A DNA stretch of 64,000 nt from Eubacteriaceae bacterium (lineage in GTDB: Bacteria > Bacillota > Clostridia > Eubacteriales > Anaerofustaceae), in NCBI GenBank assembly GCA_009782875.1, contig WRIE01000003.1, positions 9,236 to 73,235 on the forward strand. The letters are read 5' to 3'. The notes beneath the pieces were generated by a model. That model made no database searches, was not told where the DNA came from, and saw only the letters and a list, made by a program, of their open reading frames with translations. Below, one piece after another: positions 26,714-36,280 of the stretch (its first letter is position 1; the number at the start of each line of letters is the position of its first letter). Made by a program: the position numbers and the translations under genes.

Positions 26714-28306
26714 CTATTCTTGATTCTCCATGCTATCAGTGGGGATAGCTATAAAGGATCTCGAAAAGGGCAAATACTCCCCTTTGTAATTCATGTCTTC
26801 CTTGAGTAGGATGCAATATGGCACATTTAGCTCAAGGCCAATGGAGAGCAAGAGAGTGTCTGGCATAAATGCTGCAACATAAGCTGGTCCCTTTACTGAA
26901 CGTTTTTGCGACATTTCATACATTGACACATATTCATTGACTGGCCACTCTGACACCAAAGTCGCTTCCAATACAAAATCTGCTTCCATGTAAACGTGTT
27001 GCAAGCTTTGGCTTTCTGACATTTCTACACTGCTTTTCTTATAGTCCTTTCCAAAATGGCCTTTTGCATTAGCCTTTTGCGCCTTTGCAACCAGCAGTTG
27101 GATTGGGAATTTATGATAGCGTATAGTAGCTGTGCCATCTTTCACTTTAAAACCTTCCACTGGTGTATATACTGTATGGGGATACAAAGCGCTTTCAGTT
27201 GCAGAAAGAAACATGCAAGCCTCTTCACCAATTCTATGCATTGGCTCCCCATACCCATATATCACAATTATCTCGCCAGTCGCATTTCCAACCAAGTTTT
27301 CCACCACCCGGTAGCGGCAAGTATATGATCTAGCGCTTACAAAATGCTCCCTGCTGACAAGCTTTGCTGTAAGACAATTAGTGGAGTTGTCTATGGCATA
27401 ATCAAGCCTCTCAAGGCTATAAGGATCTATCTTGGCTGGCATATCTTTCGTTTCGTAGGCTATTTTGCGAAGGTTGCCTGATGCCAAAAACTTAGGAGGC
27501 TCACGTAAGTCGATTTGATCCATAGCCAATATAATACAGAACAAGACAAACAATATAAGCCATGACCATATGTGTTCTATCTTTGGCAACTTAAACGCAA
27601 ATGCTTGCAATACCGATGACACAATCAAAACAATAAAAAAGCTTAGCCAATAGGCTGCCATACGCAATGATATTATAGGTGGGCCACTAAAACCAAAGAT
27701 TTGATCATTGCTGAGATCATAGAGTATACCAGGTGGATAAGGTGGTAACTTTTCTCTTGAGCTACTTAGAATCTTACCACTTAAAAGGTCAAACCAATGG
27801 ACTACTCCCTCAATTGTCATTACTCGCAAAATATTTCTTTGCGTAAAATATTCAACAGCCGAGTTAGTGAATTCGTATGTATCCCGCCAAAAAGCCATAT
27901 CTTCAGAAAAAGCTACATTGCTAGTATTTTTCACAAGATCATTAATATAATACGTTTTTTCAAGTTTGCCGTTGGAGTAGTATCTTAATGCCACTTCAAA
28001 ATTTGCTGTTGGCATATGGATAAAGCATTTAAAGTCACTTGAAAAGAAAAAGTTAGATTCAGATTCGCCTAATATTGGAAGATTGTCTACGGCATAAACA
28101 AGCTCGCCATTTCGGTATACACCTGCTTGGGCTGTCATGTGCGACCAATTCTCTTTAGATCCAGGATCCCAACGAAACATCATCGTGCCATCATCTGATA
28201 ATATTTCAAACAACACAGGCTCAATAAATGTATCGGCAGCAACTTGAATTACACCGAATAAAATCACTGTAAAACAAATGACCACTGAAAATAAAGTTTT
28301 TTGCAT
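26714..28306 (-). CDS. Orphan membrane protein (signal peptide, ~210-aa ectodomain, 2 TM helices, ~270-aa C-terminal domain)
   Basis: Uninterrupted 530-aa ORF in an AT-rich stretch. No family motif recognised. Its last ~45 codons overlap a repeat shared with the IS200-remnant region. Confidence 0.6.
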   Translation of the reverse strand: MQKTLFSVVICFTVILFGVIQVAADTFIEPVLFEILSDDGTMMFRWDPGSKENWSHMTAQAGVYRNGELVYAVDNLPILGESESNFFFSSDFKCFIHMPTANFEVALRYYSNGKLEKTYYINDLVKNTSNVAFSEDMAFWRDTYEFTNSAVEYFTQRNILRVMTIEGVVHWFDLLSGKILSSSREKLPPYPPGILYDLSNDQIFGFSGPPIISLRMAAYWLSFFIVLIVSSVLQAFAFKLPKIEHIWSWLILFVLFCIILAMDQIDLREPPKFLASGNLRKIAYETKDMPAKIDPYSLERLDYAIDNSTNCLTAKLVSREHFVSARSYTCRYRVVENLVGNATGEIIVIYGYGEPMHRIGEEACMFLSATESALYPHTVYTPVEGFKVKDGTATIRYHKFPIQLLVAKAQKANAKGHFGKDYKKSSVEMSESQSLQHVYMEADFVLEATLVSEWPVNEYVSMYEMSQKRSVKGPAYVAAFMPDTLLLSIGLELNVPYCILLKEDMNYKGEYLPFSRSFIAIPTDSMENQE

Positions 28307-28988
28307 ACTCGTCTGTCCTCTTTATTCCAAATTTCAAAGGATTCGAGGCAAAATAATACTTGTTCAATTCGCAGATATAAGGAGCTTTTTGATATAGTAT
28401 AACAAATTAATCTAAGGTTTCGTTACAAAAATATCATAAATCTTAAAGTGGATGTGGGCAATAGCCGTTTTGGATGACCTCTCAAATTGTCTACATCAGA
28501 CCACAATTACTGTTAATAGCTTTTTTGCAGGATAGAAGCGTTATTGATTCCCGCTATAGTTGAGAAACCATGTTAAATAGAAGAGCTTGAAATAGCTAAG
28601 CTGGCTAAATACTTTAAATGGATGCTCTTGCTTGGATACATTGTAGAAGCGATTCAGCATGCTGTCAGAGATACCAATTAAATAGCTGCTATATCTCCGA
28701 CGCATAGCAAGTTTGAGCTATTTCCAAATAGCTTGCCTGAATCCAAACTATACTAGAGCTGCGTCTGCTGCTTAGAAAGTACGATTCTAATACAATGGCT
28801 GCAAATTCTAATCTCATCCATTTATTAGGAGCATTCCGCCCATCCCACAGTTACCCCTCAGTGATACCGGCAGTTCCGGATCCAGGCAGCCCCCGCAACA
28901 GCAACACCTCAAGCCCGGCCAGGCCCGGAAATCCTCCCTCGCCAAATTCGTAGCGTCCTTGTTGCTTTCGCCTCAGCAGCAAAGCCTA

Positions 28989-29246
28989 TCAGCAAGAGGC
29001 TGTGGATCGCTTGCGAGGCATTCCAGTCACGCGAGTACAAGTGGCTGAGCGCATGGGGTCCATCTTAAGCTTGCGGAATGCCTCCTCAATTTTCCAGCGA
29101 TCGCGGCTAATCAGCACAATACTTTTATATGCGCCTACTTTCCAGTGCTTCCATACAGCAGTGTGAGTCGAGCCATGCCATGAGTTTTCTAAGGCTGGGG
29201 GAGAAGGTGGAGAGGCGTTTTGGCTTCGTTTGGGTCTCAACCCCAT
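28989..29246 (-). pseudogene. IS4/IS1634-like DDE transposase C-terminal remnant
   Basis: YKSIVLISRDRWKIEEAFRKLK matches the Y..RW.IE..F..LK signature at the end of IS4-type transposases. Only fragments lie upstream and downstream. Confidence 0.45.
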
Positions 29247-29362
29247 TCACGGCTATGCTTTAAGCGCAATATGGAAGTTGATTGGATCACAAACAAACAA
29301 AGCAGTTTTGGTGTATCCTTATGAGAGATGAACTATTGCGCCAAGTAGATTGGAGAAACAAT

Positions 29363-29881
29363 ATGCTAAAACCAAGTGAAGTAAAAGCCAAAGCGCAGCA
29401 GCTAGAAGAACAAAACAATAAATTCAGGAAGTTTTTGAAAAACCGTGCCGATGGAGATGAGCTCGATACACAGTTTTTAAAACTTCACAAGGAACTGTTT
29501 GCTGGTTACGACTGCTGCAAATGCGCCAATTGCTGCAAAATGTGCCAGATAATTCTTGATGATAATGAAGTGGAGAGAATATCGAGTTTTCTTGATATGA
29601 CAGAGAACGAATTCTTAGGAGATTATCTGGAAGATGCAGGCGCGGGTGAAGAAAAGCCGTATAAATTTAAAGAAACGCCGTGTTCATTCTTAGACATAGA
29701 TGGCTGTTGCCAAATACAGGAGTGCAAACCTGAAGGCTGTGCGGAATTCCCATTTACCGACCACCCCTTTAGGTTGTGGAATCTGTCGAGTATAATCGCA
29801 AATGCAGAATTCTGTCCCATTGTATTTGAAATACTTGAACGACTGAAAGTGATGTACAGCTTCAGGAACAGAAACGCTTGA
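29363..29881 (+). CDS. YkgJ-family (UPF0153) cysteine-cluster protein
   Basis: CCKCANCCKMC and ETPCSFL..GCCQIQECKPEGC motifs. ATG at 29363 lies behind GGAGAA, so the longer TTG start in the ORF track is unlikely. Confidence 0.7.
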   Translation: MLKPSEVKAKAQQLEEQNNKFRKFLKNRADGDELDTQFLKLHKELFAGYDCCKCANCCKMCQIILDDNEVERISSFLDMTENEFLGDYLEDAGAGEEKPYKFKETPCSFLDIDGCCQIQECKPEGCAEFPFTDHPFRLWNLSSIIANAEFCPIVFEILERLKVMYSFRNRNA

Positions 29882-30101
29882 TGGCAAACGCAGCTTGATT
29901 TGGGAAGATGCCGATAAATGGGTTAGGCTAGTCCAGTTGGAGGATATTGAGCAGATAATCTGCCGGTTTTCACATTCTATTAAAAAGCTTCATAGGAATC
30001 CTGCCATGCGCCCAGCTTGTAGAGAGCGATTTGAGAGCGAATTTTTAACCGTGTAAGTGTCAATAATGCCTGATAAAGGCAATAGAAGGAGAGATTGACA
30101 A

Positions 30102-31310
30102 ATGGCACAGTTAAATGAGCAACAAAAAGCCCTAGCAAAATTAATATTCGACCAATGCAGCACCCCAGGCGAAGTCACAACAACTTTAAAGAAACTCTTT
30201 GCAGGGACCATAGAATTGATGCTGGAGGCTGGGCTCGACGAGCGCCTCGGCTATGACAAACACGACCCAGCGGGCAGGAACAGCGGCAACTCGCGCAACG
30301 GCTACGGCAAGAAGACGATATCGAGCGAATGGGGCGGCAGCGAGATCGACATGCCGCGCGGCCGCAACGGCACATTCGAGCCAGCGGCAGTCGCGAAGAG
30401 GCAGCGCGCACAGACGGCATTGAAGCCAGGATACTGGCCATGTGCTCCAAAGGGATGTCCACAAGGGGCATAGAGGACCATATGCGCGACATCTATGGCG
30501 TGGAGGCCTCTGCGAGCCTTGCGGGCCGCATAACGGACAAGATAATGCCGGAGGCCGCCGAATGGCAGGCGCGCCCCTTGTCCAGCGTCTGCCCAATAGC
30601 CTGCTTTGACGGGATATACTATAAAGTGAAAAAGGACGGCAAAGCCGCCAACAAATGCGTTTACAGCGTGCTTGGCATAGACATGGACGGCATAAAAGAC
30701 ATTCTGGGCGTCTGGATCGGCGAGGCCGAGAGCGCGCCGTTCTGGGCCACAATATTCAACGAGCTGCGGAACCGTGGCGTGGAGGACATCATCATAGCTT
30801 GCCACGGCAACCTCACAGGCTTCGCAAACGCCCTTGCCAGCGTGTTCCCCAAAACCGTGAGCCAGCTTTGCATAATCCACATGGCCCGGAACTCGACGAA
30901 TCATTTCCCATACAAGGATTTGAGGCCGCTTATGGCAGACTTGAAGAAAGTGTATGGGGCGGCAAGCGAGGAAGAGGCTTTGTATGCCTTGGATGGTTTC
31001 AACGAAAAATGGGGAAGCCAATACCCGCAGATATACAAGATGTGGGAGGAAAATTGGGACGGCCTGTCAGAATTCTTTAAATATCCAAACGAAGTACGCT
31101 CGATAATATACACGACGAATGCAGTTGAGGGTTTCCACAGGATGCTAAGGAAGCTCACTAAGACAAAAACGAACTTCCCCACAGACGGCTCGCTAAAAAA
31201 ATCGATCTGCCTGCCAGTCAAAGAAATCAGCAAAAAGTGGACTATGCCCATCAAGAATTGGGGCGTGGTTATTGGGCAAATGATGATATACCATGAGGAG
31301 CGGATCAAAG
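30102..31310 (+). pseudogene. IS256-family transposase, frameshifted and degenerate
   Basis: N-terminal NSRNGYGKKT...PRGRNGTFEP lies in one frame. IEARILAMCSKGMSTRGIEDH...QLCIIHMARNS...IYTTNAVEGFHR lies in another, with the shift near 30410. The canonical C-V-D-G-L-K-G-F reads CHGNLTGF, so the second catalytic Asp is missing. The normal stop is lost. Confidence 0.75.
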
Positions 31311-31456
31311 GGGCTGCGGCAGTTTGGCAAGCACAAACTGGCGGCGGCTGCATACAGGCGCGCGGGATGGGCATAATGTGTCTAGAAAAAACGATGGAAG
31401 CCTACGCCTTCCATCCCTGCCGCCAAGGGAGCCTGCCCCGCCAAGGCCAGGACACT

Positions 31457-31544
31457 GCCCCCTCAGAGGGAACCGTCCCCTCGCCTAGGCCAAGGGAACC
31501 GCCCCCTCAAAGGGAACCGTCCCCTCGCCTAGGTCAAGGACACC
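31457..31544 (+). repeat. Two 44-bp tandem repeats (plus degenerate flanking copies) just inside IRR of the IS256 element
   Basis: GCCCCCTCAGAGGGAACCGTCCCCTCGCCTAGGCCAAGGGAACC / GCCCCCTCAAAGGGAACCGTCCCCTCGCCTAGGTCAAGGACACC. Confidence 0.8.
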
Positions 31545-31613
31545 GCCCCTGCCAGGGAACTTCCCCACCAAGGTCAAGGGCACTTACACGCTTCGGTACA
31601 CACTCCCAGCGAT

Positions 31614-31971
31614 TTAAGCTCCATATTGCCGCTTTTCCAGAAAAAACAATTCTTTGAAAACACTAGCCATCTTGGTATCATCGCCAGCAGCCAAATGCGC
31701 GCTGTAGAGCTTCTTCAACCAATCCATTCCAGCATATAGGCATCTGGCTGAGGATCTCCTCGAACAGTTTTTCAGCCAGAGCATAATCCTTGTTTGACAA
31801 AGGCGATTTCCCGGATCCCTGCATACTGTAAATGCCCATTGACAAAAGCCTGCCCAGCCTCTGACCTTCTGTTCTGGCAATAATGCCAAAGCGGATTGGC
31901 AGCGCCGCTTCCCCAATGCCACCGAACCGCTCCAATGCTTCTTCCAACAGCCACTTGTTTTTATCTGTCAC
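31614..31971 (-). pseudogene. Decayed ORF of unknown family next to the IS256 insertion site
   Basis: Two overlapping frames carry coding-like sequence (MTDKNKWLLEEALERFGG... then ...DWLKKLYSAHLAAGDD...). Another start-less fragment lies at 32040-32290. Confidence 0.3.
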
Positions 31972-32372
31972 TAACTTTGAAGCGATCGAAAAAGCTTAGT
32001 ATCAAAATCAAGGCCATAGTCCAATAAACCTCCCAATCCAGCAAGCTCTATGCAAAGATCAAAATACAAGCCTTGTCTACTTCTTCCAAAGCTGAATCAG
32101 ATCTACACAATACTCGATTTCTTCATCGATTCCACATTCGCCTTGGAGCTCGTAATTGTCCGCTAATTTTCGATATGCCAACTTGAAGTAGCCTTGGCCG
32201 GCCCTGGTTCTTATCTCGCCATATACGTTTTCCAAATCGTCTGTATCAAAGTAGCCTCTCCGTCGATTGCTCCATCCAACCGAGGCGTCAATCGTTGGCT
32301 GTTATATTGTTCAGCTCTTTATGGAAATCTGGTTGTGTGAATACGACCTAAGCCGCATCTGTAAATTTTTCA

Positions 32373-32949
32373 TTAGCCTTTGCATAGCCCACTAAAAAAT
32401 CGATAGCTTGCCCTTTTCAATGCTGTCAAATTTATCCCTCGCCGCTGCCTCTTTACGCTATATACGGTATGAAGCATGTCAACACCCTTATAATGCTTAA
32501 CAATGCTATTTGCCGGCTCCATGCCGTTTCTTCTGGCGACGTTGATGGAAGGGATGTTCGTGTCCCTTATTATCGAAAACACTTCGTTTGCCCCAAGGCT
32601 GCTGAAAGCGTAATCCCTGCAAGCTGTCGCCCCTTCAGTGGCATATCCATTGTGCCAGTGTTCCTTCATAAGCAAATATCCCACTTCAATGACTTGCTTT
32701 CCCATGGCTTCTTGCATTGTCAGCCCGCACATGCCTATCATGCCGCCAGTCTCTTTGAGGACAAGAGCCCATAGGCCAAATCCAACTTTCTAGCTGCTTG
32801 TCCATCCAGCTTTGGCACTCAGTATCTGAAAAAGGGCCTTCGCAAGCGTACATAACTTCAGGGTCTTGAAGGATTTGGCGCAAAGCCCCTGAGTCTCCCT
32901 GGTCCATTTCCCGCATCAAAAGCCTTTCTGTCTCAAGAATCGCCGCCAC
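32373..32949 (-). pseudogene. GNAT (RimJ/RimL-type) N-acetyltransferase with one frameshift
   Basis: ETERLLMREM...DPEVMY lies in one frame and GFGLWALVLKETGGMIGMCGL...GYLLMKEHWHNGYATEGA in another. The junction is near 32785. Confidence 0.65.
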
Positions 32950-33201
32950 TCAATTGCACCTGCTTTCTCTTTTGGGATTTTGTTTTTTTCGAATTTTCTT
33001 GATCTTGATATTGAGATTTGCTATTACTCTAGCCGCCTTGCACTTGCCTGCGCAGTTTGTCTCGATCATCAAGGCTTGATACAGTCGCGAGTTCTTTATC
33101 CCGATGTCGATGTCTAAGCCCTAGCCGTCTGTCTATCTGTCCAATTACATACAAACTGCTTGATCCACGCTGTTTACAGATTTGTTGTTTTAGCAACCTA
33201 G

Positions 33202-33822
33202 CTATTTTTCGCCACTATCATTTTCCAACAATTCCTTAATTAATTTTTTTGCCTTGTTTGCCGGCTTCCCATGCAATATGCCATTGAATTCTTCCAATAT
33301 TTGAATTAAGTCTTCTACCAACTCTTGTTCATTCACAACTTCGGTTTGGTCGATTACTTCAATTTCTGTCCCATGCTTGCTGCATAGGTTTTCGATTAGT
33401 TCATATCCAAACCTTGCCAATCTGTCTTTATATAAAACTACAATCCTGTCAACTTCATATTCCGCAACCATATTCATAAGTTGGACCAGGCCTTTTTTGT
33501 TGAAATCTATTGCGCTGCCTACATCAGTGATTGTGTCGAAACTATACCCTTTCGCTATCATATATGTTTTCACAAGCTCTACTTGGAGCTCTAAACTGTC
33601 TTTTTGCTTGATGCTTGGCGCTCTGCAATATCCAATCGTTTTTCGCTTTCTAGACGGTATGGGCTGCTTCGTTGCCTGCAATACTTGTTGTTGTGAATAA
33701 TATCTGTGGCCGCCTTGTGACGTATGGTGCGGTTTTAATTTATCCTCTTTGTCCCACAATCTTAGCGTTTGAATACTTTTGCCTACCAATTTCGAAAATT
33801 GGCCTATCGTGTAGTATTCCAT
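33202..33822 (-). CDS. tnpA: IS607-family serine recombinase/transposase (MerR-HTH + resolvase domain), solo
   Basis: N-terminal YTIGQFSKLVGKSIQTLRLWDKEDKL..H.TSQGGHRYY. Resolvase core IGYCRAPSIKQKDSLELQ...VDRIVVLYKDRLARFG. No tnpB follows. Confidence 0.8.
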   Translation of the reverse strand: MEYYTIGQFSKLVGKSIQTLRLWDKEDKLKPHHTSQGGHRYYSQQQVLQATKQPIPSRKRKTIGYCRAPSIKQKDSLELQVELVKTYMIAKGYSFDTITDVGSAIDFNKKGLVQLMNMVAEYEVDRIVVLYKDRLARFGYELIENLCSKHGTEIEVIDQTEVVNEQELVEDLIQILEEFNGILHGKPANKAKKLIKELLENDSGEK

Positions 33823-34170
33823 TCAATCACCCCTCGCCTAATAGTATGGGATAAGTTGCCATTTTTCAATAGTTTTTATCATATTTTAGTATGTTTTATT
33901 CAACTATTTTCAGCCTTTTTACACATGCAAAAATATCACACATTCACACGTTTTTAATCATATAATACATTGTTTTGCTAATTGTTTTGTAGTAGAATCA
34001 TTAACCGGAAGGTCTATAAAAAAGAACAGGCAATTTTGCCATCTTTAAGATAAAACTGGTATATTGGGGAGGCATTTCGCCTGAAATTTTGCCAATCAAA
34101 GGAAAATCGGTGAAATTTATATTGATATTTCGACAACTCGAATATATAATACTGACATTAAATGCAAAAT

Positions 34171-34275
34171 AGGGTTTATGCGTAAAGTGTTTGCCGGATG
34201 GGGAGTTGCCGGCGAAACGAAAAGATTGAAATTATTCACATCAATCTTGCGATAGCAAACCCGCACCCGTTGCCG
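34171..34275 (+). promoter_or_regulatory. Candidate THF (tetrahydrofolate) riboswitch aptamer
   Basis: AGGGUUUAUGCGUAAAGUGUUUGCCGGAUGGGGAGUUGCCGGCGAAACGAA...GCAAACCC resembles the E. siraeum aptamer core GCGUUAAGUGU..hairpin AUGGGAUGU..ACGAAGC, with P1 GGGUUU/AAACCC. Lies upstream of folE. Confidence 0.5.
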
Positions 34276-34421
34276 CAATTGAGGTTAGCATCTCATATTG
34301 TGAGGGGATTTCCATGCTGGCGAAGAGCGCCAGCCAGGGAAGAAAAATATCTTTTCGCAATTGCGAGGTGTTTTTTTGTGCGCAAAATGGTGCTGCTTTT
34401 AGAAAGGAAGCATAATAAAAA

Positions 34422-34976
34422 ATGGTTGACAGAGAAAAAGTAGCTACTGCAGTACATTTGTTTCTTGAAGGGATTGGGGAAGACCCGCTAAGGGAAGGAC
34501 TGTTGGAAACCCCCATGAGGGTAGCCCGCATGTGCGAAGAGCTTTACTGCGGGATGGACCAAGACCCTTTAGACCACCTTTCAAAACAATTCACCGCTGA
34601 GGGAAGCGAGCTGGTCATTGAAAAAGATATCACTTTCTATTCGATGTGCGAGCACCACTTGATGCCTTTCTTCGGCAAAGCGCATGTTGCCTACATACCT
34701 TCGGGGAAGGTCGTAGGCTTGTCCAAGCTTGCGAGGATGGTGGATGTATTCGCCAGGCGCGCACAAATACAAGAAAAACTGACAATACAAATTGCAGATG
34801 CTTTAGAAGAGCATCTTAGCCCTCTTGGGGTTATGGTAATGATAGAAGCCGAGCACACATGCATGACAATGAGGGGTGTGAAGAAGACCGGCTCAATTAC
34901 AGTCTCGACTGCCACAAGGGGGCAGTTCAAAGACAACTACGACAAGCAAAAGATGTTCTTAGACTTGTTGAAATGA
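34422..34976 (+). CDS. folE: GTP cyclohydrolase I
   Basis: [32 protein letters not shown] and RPQIQE-like motifs. Confidence 0.95.
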   Translation: MVDREKVATAVHLFLEGIGEDPLREGLLETPMRVARMCEELYCGMDQDPLDHLSKQFTAEGSELVIEKDITFYSMCEHHLMPFFGKAHVAYIPSGKVVGLSKLARMVDVFARRAQIQEKLTIQIADALEEHLSPLGVMVMIEAEHTCMTMRGVKKTGSITVSTATRGQFKDNYDKQKMFLDLLK

Positions 34977-35446
34977 TGGATAAGGCAAATTTGATATTGG
35001 AGCGCCCCAGCTTCAAAGAATCGCTAAAAAAGATAAACTGCCTAGAGGAAAACAGGGTTTTTTGCCGTCATGGGATGGACCATTTTGTTGACGTGGCCCG
35101 GATCGCTTGGATCTTGGCTCTTGAGGAGAATGCTGGCGTAGACAAAGAGCTGGTTTATGCTGCGGCGTTTCTACATGACATCGGGAGGTTTATGGAGTAC
35201 GAGCAAGGAGTGCCACATGAGGAAGCCAGCGCGGCAATCGCCTCGCAAATCCTGCTTGAATGCGGATTTGGCTCTACAGCTATTGGGCAGATAACCGATG
35301 CCATCCGCTCTCACAGGGGCGGTGGCTCAAATAGCGAGCTAAGCCAGCTGCTTTTCAGGGCAGACAAGCTGTCCCGCAGGTGCTTTGAGTGCAAGTCACT
35401 GGATGAATGCAACTGGGATGTTAAAAATGGAAAACTGGAGTATTGA
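34973..35446 (+). CDS. HD-domain phosphohydrolase embedded in the folate operon
   Basis: H...HD motif (CRHGMDHF...AAFLHDIGR). ATGA start/stop overlap with folE. C-terminal [12 protein letters not shown]. Confidence 0.8.
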   Translation: MMDKANLILERPSFKESLKKINCLEENRVFCRHGMDHFVDVARIAWILALEENAGVDKELVYAAAFLHDIGRFMEYEQGVPHEEASAAIASQILLECGFGSTAIGQITDAIRSHRGGGSNSELSQLLFRADKLSRRCFECKSLDECNWDVKNGKLEY

Positions 35447-35455
35447 ATTGCTGGC

Positions 35456-36280
35456 ATGGTGATTGGCAAACGAGACTTTGATCTAGACAACAAATGTTAT
35501 GTGATGGGCATATTAAACACAACCCCGGACTCATTCTACGACAATGGGCGCTACAAAACCTTTGACGCCGCTTTAAAGCATGCCCAAGCCATGGTGGACG
35601 CTGGCGCGGATATTATCGATGTTGGCGGGGAATCCACAAAGCCCGGATACACAATGGTGTCAGAGCAAGAGGAAATTGACAATGTGGCCAGTGTCATTGA
35701 AGCATGCTCCAAGCGTTTTGATTTGCCGGTCTCTATAGACACATATAAATCAAAAGTCGCCAGCGAGGCGATTAGCGCAGGGGCAGTGATGGTCAATGAC
35801 ATATGGGGCTTGAAGCACGATGGGAGCATGGCAGGCCTTATTGCCTCAAAGGGCGTCGCTTGCTGCCTAATGCACAACAGGCATGGCATGGGCTACAATT
35901 CGTTTATGCAAGATCTCCTCGATGATCTGGGCCAGTCATTGGCGCTAGCTGAGTCTGCAGGGATACCAAAAGACAAAATTATGCTTGACCCGGGGGTTGG
36001 TTTCGCAAAAACTTACAATATGAACCTTGAGGCTATAAACAAGATTAGCCAAATCAGAGCTCTAGGCTACCCTGTGCTCCTGGGGGCGTCCAGGAAAAGC
36101 ACTTTAGGCAAAGTGCTGGACCTGCCGGTCGGCGAGCTGCTGGAAGGATCCTTGGCCGCGGCAGTCATGGGTGTAGCCAGAGGGGCTTCAGTGTTAAGGG
36201 TCCATGACGTGAAAGAGACTAAGCGGGCAATAACGATAGCCCACTCGATTATATGCGAGAGGATGCCAGAGGTTTTGTGA
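35456..36280 (+). CDS. folP: Dihydropteroate synthase
   Basis: MGILNTTPDSFYDNG, DIIDVGGESTKPG, DPGVGFAKT. Confidence 0.95.
   Translation: MVIGKRDFDLDNKCYVMGILNTTPDSFYDNGRYKTFDAALKHAQAMVDAGADIIDVGGESTKPGYTMVSEQEEIDNVASVIEACSKRFDLPVSIDTYKSKVASEAISAGAVMVNDIWGLKHDGSMAGLIASKGVACCLMHNRHGMGYNSFMQDLLDDLGQSLALAESAGIPKDKIMLDPGVGFAKTYNMNLEAINKISQIRALGYPVLLGASRKSTLGKVLDLPVGELLEGSLAAAVMGVARGASVLRVHDVKETKRAITIAHSIICERMPEVL

Larger units (their letters stand above)
30033..31607 (+). mobile_element. IS256-family insertion sequence with imperfect 27-bp terminal IRs and an 8-bp target-site duplication
   Basis: IRL is GAGAGCGAATTTTTAACCGTGTAAGTG (30033-59). IRR reverse complement is GGGAGTGTGTACCGAAGCGTGTAAGTG (31581-607), 18/27 identical including a 10-bp core. 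Flanked by identical AGCGATTT at 30025-32 and 31608-15. Confidence 0.8.

Noticed and set aside
31311-31657. Pro/Arg-rich 115-aa C-terminal extension of the IS256 transposase ORF
   Set aside because: It is produced by read-through of the 44-bp tandem repeats and IRR into flanking DNA after loss of the normal stop. It is not a genuine domain.
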